Of a stretch of DNA of 64,000 nucleotides, positions 40,298-53,597 are shown one piece after another. The stretch comes from Trichinella spiralis (Eukaryota): NCBI RefSeq assembly GCF_000181795.1, contig NW_003526943.1, positions 9,842,849 through 9,906,848 of the forward strand, read 5' to 3'. The notes under the pieces are model-generated. The model was not told where the DNA came from. It saw nothing but the letters and a program-made list of their open reading frames with translations, and did not search any database. Each line of letters begins with the position of its first letter. Within the stretch, counting starts at the first letter, position 1. The position numbers were made by a program, and so were the translations under genes.

Positions 40298-40527
40298 TTC
40301 ATTTATTTATGTGATTAAATCATATTACATATAAAATATTTATATGATAGAATGTGATACAATAATTTTATTGTTCACACAGGGTTTTGTTGTAAATTGT
40401 TTTGGAACGGTAAAGTATCTTTAAATTTGTACGGAGTTAAATGTATTTTGTTTGTCTGTCATATTGATTCTTAGAAATAAAGCAAGTTGTTTTATTGATT
40501 GTATCCGATTAGTTTGAATCCAACGGC

Positions 40528-40749
40528 TGTCAGTTGATCTTCAAGCCCACGACTTTGTCATTGGTCAGCCAACTGGAAATAACAGTTGGGACCATGAAAG
40601 TGGTTGCTTCTGTCGGGAATCAGTCCGCAAATGGAAGGGTCCACAGGTCCTTTTATACTCTGCTGATATCGGATCGATGGTGCTGCAAATCTTTCCTATG
40701 GTTTAATGCTTCATCAATAAAGAGCCCCGTTCCTACGTAACTTGCCACA
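40528..40749. mobile_element. Candidate short solo LTR (222 bp)
   Basis: GC-enriched island with TGT...ACA ends flanked by ACGGC and CCGGC (4/5 match). AATAAA at 40716-40721, a TATAAAA on the minus strand near 40655, and a long internal hairpin. Confidence 0.4.
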
Positions 40750-41351
40750 CCGGCGACGCGTTGCACTTAAATTATTGTTAGTGAAAGAAGTAATTAATTG
40801 TACTTACTGTACATTTTAGAAACATTTTTTCAATTCATACTCGTACATAAACAGACTATATATATATTATTTTACTGTTTATTTTTTATTAAAGTTATTC
40901 CACTTTCTTATAGGTGCAAAGATTTATTTATATAGCTTTATTATGGAAATTGTAATCATTGTTACATCATAGTGACATTGTGATTGTTTCGATAATTCTA
41001 GCTAGCTAGTTAGTAGTGAGTAAAAGAATCTGAGCAAAAAAGTATTCTCGTTAGCATTGACTCTTCTGTTTGTAAAAGTATTTGCAAGAAAGAATTCTTA
41101 AATTGCCCCAACGTGCCTAATCACGCAGTGCACATTAAACGGTGTGTTAAACAACTACATTGCAATAACCTCGCGCAATATTCATCATCAAAAATAAAAC
41201 CATTAAAAAAATTAACAGATTGCATAATAACTCCATAGTTGTGTTTTTATTTCAACAAACGTTCAACCGGGTAAAAACATCGAATTCAAAAAAAAGGTTT
41301 GCTTTTCTTTTTTATCCTCTCTCTGATTGGCTGGCTGATTTTAAAATGCAT

Positions 41352-44300
41352 TCATCGCGTGTGGTATGTAGTCTGATAAAGCAACAAATCCAGCACGTTG
41401 CCTCGATTGCGCATTACCATATTCAAGCGAATCTCTTCCTCGCTCAGTTCTTCCATTCGAAGCAACATCTGCAGTCGATCTTTGTCGATCAAGCCCAACT
41501 GAACGCGATCCCAATAGCAGTGCTTCAGACATTTCTGCTTCGGCACCAAGCAAGCCCTGGACGGGTGGAAAATTTCACACTCGCGGTTCACGTTCAACGG
41601 GCATCCGCAAATTTCATTCTGTTCCGCTTTTGCCTCCTTCGCATGCTCTGGACAAACGCGCTTCAAACGTTTGCAATAAGTCTGCGTCGATTTGTTGTAC
41701 GCGTCGCAGAACAAATCATAAGCCATATTGCGTGACGGATAAGCGGTGCCATAGCTAACTCGCATCTCTTGCTGCAAAAAAAACACAAGCATGTTCGAAA
41801 CAAAAATAAAAAGATAAATGAAATCCATTTCTCGTTGTATAATAAAACAATCACCGCGTAATTTTACCTTCGCGTAACATTTGTAGCTGTGCTTCAAGGC
41901 CAATTTACAAGGTACATCATTTCCGCATATGAAACACGAATACAGTGAATCGCCATCCTCGTCATCACTTTCCATTACAAATGAAGACATTTTGCACTGT
42001 TTGGCGTCTGCAATCCACCGCTCAATTCGTGCCTGCTTCCCATCCAACTGTAGAAAGCACTTTTGCATTTCCTCTTGCTTCAAGCGAATCTGCTGCAACC
42101 GAACCACATCGTTGGCTTGTGCTTGCGACGGCGTTGAATACCATTGCTGAATTCGACCGGGTAAAATCGTTAACAAACGTCTAAATAATAAAAAAAAAAG
42201 TTCTATTCAAATGAAATAATCAAACGTTTCTTTTCAAGAGAAAAAAAATAACCTACGCTCGAGCTAACTTCATCACACATTCTTGAGAACAATATTTCGA
42301 ATTCGCTCTTGCAGCGTAGACACAGTCAGGACCAATGCAATGACGCGGCGGAAGAACATCATGCACTTCTTCTTCTTCTTCTTCAACACTGTCCACTTTA
42401 CCGCATGCTTCTTTCATAAACTGTTCGAATTTTTTCGTCGAAGACCTGGTATCCCTCGGCAATACCAAGTAAGCGTCGTCATCGTTTTGTTGTTTTTCAT
42501 GTTTTACCTTATTCCGCTTTGTGGCAACCACTTTGGCTCTTAGGCTAGATTTGACGCGCTTGCTGTCCGTTGTCGAATTCGGCAGTTTCGGTTTTCGTTG
42601 AGCAATATTTCCATCATGACTGGATCGTTTTTTGCGTATCTAAATTTAAAAAAATTAAAGCAACAACTTCCAATCATCAATACTTCACTTACTGTGTCTG
42701 ATTTTTGAATTGATGAAGAACTTTTTTCCGGCTCTGGTGGAGGCGGTTGCTCTACAATTGCGGGCGGTGATGGTGATTGTTCAGGCTTGCATTCGTATTC
42801 CACTTCAATAGGATTAACACATTCACGCATTCTGCATCTCGCGCCACTGCTAGATTCTGATGTGCAGATATCACAAAGGCCACAGTTAACTGTTCGAAAA
42901 CAGGCAATACATTCGTTACAATCCCTCCGTTTGATCTTTTTCACCAATTTCTCTCTACTCGACTGCTAATAACAATAACATTTTAAAATTTCCATAAAAT
43001 AATAAATTACATTCCCAAATATATTCACCGTTTCAGCGTTTTCCAGTTTGCGTTTCTTCTTCTTCGCATGGAGCACTTTCAAATGTGCATTGCTCTGGAT
43101 ACAAGGGGGGCAAAAGAAATTCTCCATTTTCTTTGCACTTTTGCTCGATTTAATATTCATGCAATCATTATGAAACCATCTCTCACAACTGTCACAACAT
43201 CTAAAATTGTTCCATTGAAAATACTAGATCACATCTCTTATCAACTCATCTTAACATCAATGTGACCCCATGACTTACAACGGTGTACAAATTGCATATA
43301 ACAGTTTATGAATAATGATAATTCACTGCATTAACGCCTGATTGTTTAAATTAAACTATTTATAATGAAGTAATTGTCAATAAGTTTACCTACCAACATT
43401 TATAAAAAAACAGATAGTCAGTAATGAATGAATGCCAAACTCCTCAAAACGGCATATTCATGATAAAAATGTTTCATTATGATAGCATATCAATTTTTTC
43501 TAAATTATGCTACCATAAATTAATGCTTCATTCATCGCTGACACGTGCTACAGGACATAACAGAAATCAAAGGAATTTTTCTGGTTAAAGATGCCATGAA
43601 AGACGCTGAAAACGAAGGAAAAAAGAAAAAAATAAAACAATTAAAACATATACAAAATAAAATCAGTTACTGTCTTTGCTTTCTTTCGCTAACGAAAAAA
43701 AAATTTAAAAACGCCAAATAACCATCGTTATTCCACAAAAAAAACACTACAGTAAACACTTGAATTACAGTATTTGACGAACAAGTTCAGTAACAAACTA
43801 CCGAAAGAAATCAATACGAATGCTCACTTTCAAAAATATCAACATTAACCCTGCACTGAAACCAAGACTAATCGGATATTTTGGAAAAATAACAAGACCA
43901 TTACTTTTATCAACAAACAAATTCTATACAGCTGTAAAATTTTAATGACAGTTAATTTTAATAAACAGTACTACAAAATACTAATAAAATACCAGTAAAA
44001 CTATTACATTGTAATAAACTACCAGTATACACATTGAAAGTTGGCAACAAGATATTTTTCATATACACAGTATGTGATATAAATAATTATTATTAACTTA
44101 TAATCAATTTTCATCTGAATAGTCAATAAAAACAAATTATTCACTACAGATTCTCAGAAAATTAAAATAACTTGCACCTTTGGAAGTATTAAAAATTATA
44201 ATTCAGGTAGCATACTAGACAGTTACAAATAAAACGTCACACATTACCACTACTGTTTAACTAGCCAAAACCTGCTCAGATGATAAAATATAAATCAACC

Positions 44301-44941
44301 TACAATATAAATGACAAATTCTAAGATAGTTGCAGTGAAAATTATTCTATAATTACTATGAGCTTACTCTGTTCTATTCTTACTATGAGGTAAATATCTC
44401 AATCCATTTTTAGTTCAAAATACGATAGCCGATTTAAAAATCACAAAAACTATTGCCATGTGGCTAAAAGCTAAATAAAAATATCAACAAAAGAGAACAA
44501 AATCGACAAAAACGTGAAACACTTCAATCAAATTAACCACATAAATTAAGAATACAAATTATTCGCTCTTTGTTATAATTCATAAAATTACATAAAAATT
44601 CGATTGGAAATCTTCAAAAAATGCAATGAAAATATTTGTAAACTATTTTAAATATAATTTAACAATTAAAATACGAATCTTGTCGTGGAAACATTGCAAT
44701 ACATATTTCAGTAAAATTAGAAAAAAAGAATTTCAGTACACATCTGATTAAAATAAATATTACAAATAACCCATAACAAATTTGATAGTTAATACGTATA
44801 GAAGCTTAAATATGCAATTTTACAAAACGTGAAACACACAAAAACTTACATCATAAATTCACTTTCTTCATATGAGTTACAGATGCAATAGGGTCCTTCG
44901 GATGAGTTTCCGTTTGTTTCCTTTCGATTTTTATTACTCAT
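41352..44941 (-). CDS. CXXC1: CXXC-type zinc finger protein 1 (CFP1, SET1/COMPASS subunit)
   Basis: Exon 1 (44941-44850) MSNKNRK...PYCICNSYEESEFMI is spliced to CCDSCERWFHNDC...FFCPPC, forming a PHD finger. It also has a CXXC finger, CIGPDCVYAARANSKYCSQEC, ILPGRIQQW, FCDAYNKSTQTYCKRLKRVCPEH and C.KH..W motifs. Confidence 0.93.
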
Positions 44942-46258
44942 ATTAACAGCTTCAACTTAATAATATTTTTCTGAAATAAAAACGTTAATTTAAAATAACG
45001 AAAAAACAGATATTAAAAAGAGGGAAAACAGTGTTAATTTTGAACCATAACTTCACTTATCATATAGAACTAATTTTATAAATATATTACAGAACAGCAA
45101 ATTACAGCATAATTAGCGCAATCACGTTATTCTTTAAAAACATGAAGTAAACACGAATAATAACTTAGAGTTACAGTATCCTTATTAATATGATCAGGTT
45201 TGTATTACAGATAACACGTTCGTTGCAATTTACTACTTACTTTTCTCGATTATATTTATCGTTATATTGGATCATCAATCGTATTAAAACTTTAGATTTT
45301 TTAAGTTTGACAGAGAATTTTAATAACATTGACAGTAATTCCTATTAACATAGCAATTCTACAGAAAGTATTATTGCTTTTAAATCATTTACCCATAAAT
45401 ATGAATATGAGGAAATTTATAATCTTTCCCAGCAACAAAGATAATATTAATCACCTATTTTGATGCGCAGATGGAAAGCTTTAAAACTGTGAATATTATT
45501 GGCAAGTTTAATACTCTGTTCCAATGATTTTTCTATCTTCCTATTCCTACCTCAAATAACACTGTGGCGTGAGCTGCCATCAGTTTAATCTAACTGTATA
45601 AAAACAAGTTATTCACGGAAACAATACCAGTATAAGAAAACAGTTCATTTCCTAACAATTCGTTTGCAATATCTGTCTCTTCATTTACAATATTTTTTTA
45701 CCTGCATTTGTATGTAATTCATATGGTGTCATTTTCTGTTGTAAAACTTAAGAACTAATGTTTTGTTTTCATGCGTTTTCTTCAGCTGCATGACCACATT
45801 ACAGAAATCAAAGCTGCATCACAGCAAACCGCTGGAACAATAATTAATTTTCACCTCATCATATACGATTTTTTCGCGATGTAATCACTGACATCGCATT
45901 GAACTGTAAACAGTAGAAAATTCATAGCTCATTAAACACAGCCATCACATAAAGCAGTAACATTTTCAAACCAAACTATGCGTGACCTAACCAATTTTTA
46001 TCAGATCATGGAATACTTCCTTTCATTTCATACGGTTTAATGATTTTCAAGTACAAACTATCAGTGCAATACAGTCTCAAATTCTTGAATAAATATTTAC
46101 ATTTATAAACAAATATAAATTTTAGTGTTACAAAATAAAAGTTTCATTACTCAAATAAGCACATACACTGCTAACCATAATCTAGTTGGACATTTTCATT
46201 ATAATCTGTTTATAAAACTTGCAATTATAAAAGCAAACAGTGTAAGCACAAAATTTAT

Positions 46259-46279
46259 TATATATATATATATATATAT
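46259..46279. repeat. (TA)n microsatellite downstream of SPT6
   Basis: About 10 tandem TA units. Confidence 0.8.
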
Positions 46280-46577
46280 CCCACGTACATATGTATGCAT
46301 ATCTATTCACAGCAATGGAACAGAAAACATCAAAATTTAAAACAATAGCTTCACAGCAACGTGGCTGAAGGCACTTAAGTGGCAATAATTATTTTCTGAA
46401 TTATGGAACATAAAAAAGAGTCACATTTTCTTCAAATTTAAAACAAAATTCAACAACAATAAATTGAATCGAAAAAAACTAATAATTTGAACAAATATTC
46501 ACTTAAATTTACGCAATAAATGCAATATGTACACTGCAAAGATTTGCATTACAATTTTTACAGTTGCCTTCAACATT

Positions 46578-49500
46578 CTACGCTGGAGGCGGAATTACTG
46601 CCGGCCATATAGGTGGCGGTGGTTGCTGGGCACCCAGATAAGGATCACTGGGAGTTGGAGGAACGGTAAACTGCGGCGTTCTCATCAGCCGAGGAACACC
46701 AGGTGACTGACCAGGAAAGCCGGACTGCTAAAAAGGAAAAAGAAGAAGAAGATAAAAACATAAATCCAGCATCAAAACTCGCATAAGTTATATATGTATG
46801 TAATAAACTGCTGCTCTTTAAATCATTTATGTTCCGCATCACACGGTTCAAACAAACTAAAAAAAATTCAACTCTCACCGATGGACTTGGCAAATAGATC
46901 ATCGGCCTCGTACCACCATTCCAAGCATTTGTACCAATGCCCACAGCTCCTCTCGGAGTGACAATACCCATCCGATTCAAGCTATCATACTGAGATGGTG
47001 TATATCCTGAAAGAAAAAAAACCCACACATGCCTCGCCTGGACAACAAGAAAAATATTTTGTTCCACTGTTTGTTAGTATTACCAGTAACGGACAAGCGA
47101 TCTGTAGGTGTTGCCAAAGGGGTACCTGAAAAATACCGAAATATGAAAAGAGCAATTTTTTAATTTATGATAAAATAAAAAACAGTTGTGTTCAAAAAAA
47201 ACAGAGTCCAATTTACCAGGGGGAGGCTCGTTGAAGTGTTGCTTGAACCAGGCAAGCAGATTGTTCAAGTTGTTGAAAACACGCCCGCGAAATCGAAACC
47301 CATCGGGCAAGGCGGTGAAATATTCGTGCCTGACGCGAGTATTGGGCAAGTAGGAGAGTAGAAATTTTCCAGGATAATCTTTACAAGCGCTCAAAGAGTA
47401 GGGAATTTTGTTTCCACCGTTTTTCTGTTTTTCTTCAACCAAAGAGTTTTCCAAAATCTGAGTGTCTCCGCCGTTTGAATCGCGGTAATACTTGTAGGTG
47501 AGAACCTCTCGGACGCTCATGGCAACCGGATGGACAAATCGAGCCAAAATTTCATCCAAATCTTCATACACCTGTGCAAGCAATAAGATAAATAATAATA
47601 ATAATATAAAAGCTTGCAATAATGAATAATGAGGAAAAAACAAAAATCACCTCAGATCCAATTATAAGCGACCGACCAAGAGTGAACGAATTCTCTTTGT
47701 TCTCTTCTCGAATCGATACGTGCTGATATATACCATCACAAACTTTCCAAGTGAGAGTCAAAAAATCTGCTCCCTAAAAAATGAATAAAAATAAAATTTA
47801 AAAAAAAACAAATTTATTTCAACCTTGCTGCTTGGTCGAATGATAGCGTCGCCTTCGTCCATTTGATCGAGCAATTCTTCAGCTTCACTGCAAGTGCAGT
47901 TTCGAAACGACGGATGCGCGATCACTCGTTTGTAAATTGCGTCGTCATTTTTCATCATTCTTGCTGTTTCTTCCTTTTTTCGATCTTCTTCTTCAGCTTT
48001 GAAATCGTAATGATTGTCACGTCCAGTTCTGTAAAAATTGAATAAAATTTCAATTATTTATATTAAAAATATGAATAATAAATTAATAAATACGCATCGA
48101 TAAATTTTTACAAAAACCAAAATATCCACAGCATATCATGGAGTGGATATATATTACCCTACCCGTATTGGAATTCACGATCTTCAAGATCCGACGTGCG
48201 GCATGTGAGATCGCAGGAAAAACGATAAGTGTCGATTTTCATAATGCGACAAGCGATCGTCATGCCAGATTTCACGCGCTCGTTGGGATCGTTGACGTGA
48301 CGATCGGACAAGTATTTTATTGGAATGAAGCCAGCAATGCCGTTTTCCAGACGTACACGAACCCCAATCGCCTGACCTGGACATTCATTGGCGTCGTAAT
48401 GTTTCCAGACCTGAGCAATAATCAATTTTAATTGAAAATATGATAGAAAGAGAAAATTTTCTTGTTTATCACCTCGCCCAATTCGGGAAAATCATCTTTG
48501 AAACAAATTGGACATTGCCACAAATTTGTGGTGCTGTCCTTAACTGGCCGAGCTTCTTCGAACATATTCGGAGATGGTCGTTTGTAGACTACATTTAAAA
48601 CTTTGGCCATGATTAATTTGCCTAAAAAGGAAAATTGTCAGTTAAAAAGAAAAAAGAAACATTTTTTTAATTACAAATTACCCGGTCCAAAAGTTCGAGG
48701 GGTTTCTTTTATTAGCATGTAGAACAACTGTTCCCTAGTCGGTGGATGGTACAACGCCCGCAAATCTTTGTACCGATGATTCAACTCGGCTCTTATATCG
48801 TACAATGTGATGTTCTTATTTCCGAATCCCTGAATTAAGAAAAAAAATTTTTTTTCAATATTAAACATATGAAACTTCCACTGACAACAAGTCATATTAC
48901 AGAAGTATACAATGGAATATTATAAGAAGAAGAAAAAAATGAAATTTACTTGTCTTTGCAATTCTTCGGCAAAAGCGTCCAAATCCAAATCTTTCAATCG
49001 TTCGGGTGATTCGAGAATTTCATCCAACGCCGTGCCAGGATCATAATCGTCCACAGTCTCGTCGTATTCCAAAGCATCGAATGCCATCTTTCTTGCCCAT
49101 CTAAAAAAAAGAAAATATACTAGCAAGTTCTACATTTTTATATTCTATATAAATTTGTTTTTTACTCGTAAGTTTCAGGATGCACCCGAGAACCGTCCAG
49201 TACGTCGATAAATACGCCGGATTTGTCCATCATCCTGGCGGTGTCGATTTTAATAAAGCCGGCACAATTCATGAACACTTTCGGACCCATGCGACAGTGG
49301 GTGACCAATTTGGAACGATTTTCCAAATGCAACTCTTCTGGGGTGAGAATTTTCAACAAGTGAGAAGCTTTGCGGGGTCCCAAGCCGCAGACGAACTGCA
49401 ACAACGGCGCCGTGTACGGATGCTCGATGCAACGGTTCACATCCACACCGACTTCGCTGACGCGATTGATAAATTCTTCGGTAATTCGTTGAATCAACTC

Positions 49501-52500
49501 TTCTTTGGAAACCATATTTTGAGAAGGGTGGAATTTCAAAGACAAAATTTCATCGTCCGGCGTGACAAGCTGGCTGAATTCGATCAACGGATCCTGCAAA
49601 CGCCGAGCAATGCTAATTGCTTGACGCAACAGAATCGAATATGTTGGAAATTCTTGGTTGGCGGGTCCGCTATCGGCGTAAACCCTGGCCAATTCTGGAT
49701 CGACAATTTCGACTGGAATGTTTCTCCCAATTGTACCGCTGGCTTGCAAATCCACCACCAACGATTCCAAATCTTTTTTATAATACACCGCATCACTCAA
49801 ACAAAAGTGATTTTATTTAAAAAAAAACAACCACCACCAAATTAATCATCTCACTTACAGTGATTCGCCGGCTATTGCTATTGCAATTGGCATTTTTTTT
49901 ACAAGAAATGTTTTCAGTTCTTCCAAATCGACCGTCTAGAAAAGAAAAATTCAAATATGCGCATTTCGTGCAATGATAAAAAAAATTACTTTCAACTCTC
50001 TTTCATTGTCACTTCGAGCAAAGGTTCTTTTCGTAAAATTACGCAAAACCAGGTGATCCAACACGTCTCCATCCGCATTTACAAGCGCGGCATAGCTCGG
50101 TGATTTGCTAAAAATAATTTGTAAAAATATATATATATTGAAAACCAAATATTAAAGTGGATGATCACTCACGGCTCTAAAGAATAAGCGATTCCAAGAA
50201 TGGTCAAACGATTATAATCTTCACGTTTCCGTTCCACTTTCGGATCATGCCAATAGGGAGCAATGCGCAACCATTCCTGCATTCGATTTGCGCATTTCTA
50301 AATTAATCATTTTAGAAACAGTGTGAAATTATTTCTTCTAACAACAATTTCAAATACATCTCTTACTCAGGTATTTTATTATTCGTATATATAAATATAT
50401 ATCGTTGGAATTTGATTTTAAACAATTTTCACAACAGATTAAATTTTTATTAGTAAAAATTGTCGTAGAAAGTGTAAATTTCAATACCTCTATGACATGC
50501 TCTTCAGCTTCACGCTGCAACTGCAATCGTACTTCCCGTTCGAAAATGGGATAAAGCATATCGTCTAAACACTGTTTTAACGCTTCGTGCCTCAAGCTAT
50601 TCCATTCTTCGGCAACAGCTGTATATTCATCCTAATTATTAATTAGACATACAATTGAGGTACTTGAAAATTTCCAATCCATCTACAAAGTCAAATAACC
50701 CTACCCTGTGGAACAACTGCTGTTGCAACAGTTCGTTGTAATAAGTCGTTCGTTTGCTTTCTGAACCATCAATGGAAAAGATCATATTTATGAGATGGCT
50801 TTCTTCTGCCTTAAAAATTGCACAAATGTTGTAATGTAAGAGTAGAGAAGATTTCTGAAACGCAATCTCACACCTCTTTCAACCGAAGATATTCATCATT
50901 TTTCAACAATCGTACGGGCTTATTTTTCAAATATTTGCAAGTGTAAAGTGGATGCGCCTCGTCGATCAGCGACCGCCCGTGCATTGTCGCACGAACGCTG
51001 ACCGTCACCCGTTGTCGGTATTGCTCCCGCACAATTCTCCTCACTATTGGATTGCGAGCAAATCGCATCGCCACCATCCACTTGGCCCCTTTCAGCACCG
51101 AGTCCACATCCGGAAGCAAACTGCAAAACAGATCATCATCCATAATTTCTTCAAAATTAATAATATCTATTCACCATTCAACAATGTACTGTTCGGCAAC
51201 TTCACGAGCCGACTGACTCGGCTGAGTAACTTCGTTTCTACAATAACCAACTTCCAAATTTTCAGCAAACTGCTCGGCTGTCAAGCCGAACTTGTCAGCT
51301 AAGCCGCCAATACCGACTTCCAAAAGCTGGGCATATTGACTATAGCCGGCAGCCTGCTTGAATTTGCCGGCACGTTCGAGGTCGATCTGCTCGTTTGCCC
51401 GGGTCCTGTACAAGCGTGAATAGTACAACATGAAGAAGGCGTACCAATCGTTCAACTCTTCGACAGTATCCGCGCTGGAGAGCACGTCGAAATCCGAATC
51501 CCGGATCTCACGACCGCATACCAGCTCGTCAGTGCCGCCGTCGGACTGCCGCTTCAACTGCAGCTGATAGTCGCGCATCCGTTCCAACTGCTGTTTCAGC
51601 AGATGCTTCTTTTCGCGATTATTGCACCACTGTGCGTCGCAGTGGTAAATTTTCCACAGATCTTTCATCTTCAAATACGGCTGCACGTGCTCTTTGCGGT
51701 AAAAGGCGATGAATGGAACTTCGTAGTCCATGTTTCGGATGAAGCCCAACACTTCGCGGATTCGTTCCAAAGCCGAATTGGATTTCGACGGTGAACGTTC
51801 CTCTTGACAACTCAAACTGCGACAATTGAAAACTGTCTTGAAAATCCACTTGGCCTCGGCAAGCAGTTCTTCAGGTTCCGCTTCGGTTACCGGAACCGCA
51901 CGAAGCTGAAAACGCTCGGGCCTGTCTTCAAGCTGAATACGCTTGTCTTCGTCAAGCAGATATCTCCGCTGCAATTCTACGGGTTCGATTTCCTTTAAAA
52001 AATGTAAAATAAATTTCACAAACATTAAAAAAATAATATAAAATGAATAGACTTCGAGAAGGGTGTGCTTGTTGTGCCTGCGTCGCCGAGAGGCGATTCG
52101 CATTTGACGAAGCTCCTCATCCTCGCCTGCTTCGTCATAATCATCGTCTTCATCATAGTCCTCCTCATCGGCAACGTCGTCGTCGGCAAAAAATTCACCA
52201 ACATTAAAATCCACCCCAAACAAATCTCGAGCCTCTTCGAGAGCGCTAAAATTGTGACAAAAAAAATTTTTTTAATCAAATTACAACAAACCACACCAAA
52301 TAAAACAACACACACCCTTCTGACACTCCCAAAGCATGATGCCTCCTCTTTCTTCTTCGTCTTTTCAATCCAAAATCTTCATCTTCATCATCATCTTGAA
52401 TAAAATCATCCAAGCCTGCAACAAAAAGAACAAAACATAAAATCAACATGCAAAAAAAACTATCGAACGTAAGCGGCATCAACTTACCAGATTCTTCACC

Positions 52501-53597
52501 CGTATCACTTCCTTCCTCATCTGCGTAGTTTATATGACGATGAGAAATGTGACGATTTCTATGGATATCAATTTGCTAAAAATGCATAATAAAAATAACA
52601 CTTCATAATAATAATATAATGAAAAAAATTTCATAAAATTTGAGCAAAAAAACACTTAATACGTTAAAGATAATAAAAAATGTCTATACACTTTTTATCA
52701 ATATAATTTATATTATTATTATTTACAAAGCTGAATGAGAATCAGCAAGCGCTGCACGAAATGTAAACACAGTCATCCCACAATTACAATCAATTACAAA
52801 TCCAATAATTACACAAAATTACTAGTGCGATATTTAGAACAAGGAAAAATGTGTCACTGACCTTGGCCAGGTGTTTTTCGTTGTTCAAAATACATTTAAT
52901 AAATTGAGTTTAGCAACTGTTTACGTAAAAAGTGAATTTGAATTTCAATCATAATCATTGTTAATATGAAAATAAATGCAAACAATGCTAGCTTGCAAAG
53001 AAAGCTGAAAATGGAAAAACAACTCGCCTCTCTTTCAGATGATTCACGTTTCATACGAACACGGTCAAATCGATCGGCACTGTCAGATTCATCGCTGTCA
53101 GAACCAATTTCTACCCGTCGTTTTTTACGCTTAAAATAGCCAATAAAAATATTTTTTTACAAAAATGTCTTTTGAAACAAACCCGAATCGATAAGCCCAA
53201 GTTCTCTTTCAACAGTTCTTTGTCTTCTTCCTCAAGTTCACTGAGCATTTCCTCGGAGTCATAATCTTCAGATTCTTAAACAACGTACGCAAATGATTCA
53301 ACTAGCTTAATGCACGTATGCGAAAATAAATACTTTTGTCCTCCTCTTCTTCCACATCTTCATCATCAACGATGAAATTGCCAAATTCTTCTTTAATGCG
53401 TTCCGAATCTACAATAAAATATACATTTTTCAATCGATTATCATTTACAAAAACACAATCAAACCAGTTTCTTCTTCTTCCTCCTCCTCGTCATCACTAA
53501 TAATACGTCGTCGTGATTTTTTCGCTGGTCTCACTTCATCTTCATCAAAACCTTCAGTCTCAGATTCAATTGCTTGATCATCAATCCAATCAGCCAT
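46578..53597 (-). CDS. SUPT6H: Transcription elongation factor / histone chaperone SPT6 (emb-5)
   Basis: Acidic N-terminus [85 protein letters not shown]1 domain, tandem SH2 (RVIAHPSF...[11 protein letters not shown]) and a Pro-rich end PPPA* at 46578. Confidence 0.96.

Noticed and set aside
40630..40735. RNase P/MRP-like fragments (GGAAGGGTCC; ACGGGGCTC on the minus strand)
   Set aside because: The fragments are on opposite strands or in the wrong order and cannot form the P4 helix.
49180..49845. 221-aa + strand ORF and similar antisense ORFs (41220-41735, 23676-24080)
   Set aside because: These are shadow ORFs opposite long GC-richer exons of SPT6, CFP1 and POLD2, with no recognisable motifs.
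6955..53597. Apparent cluster of chromatin, transcription and RNA-processing genes (ICE1-like, BRD7/9, PWP2, SF3B4, CFP1, SPT6) as an operon or system
   Set aside because: The genes are on mixed strands, same-strand gaps are about 0.9-1.6 kb, and unrelated genes are interspersed. Housekeeping genes are common in gene-dense regions.
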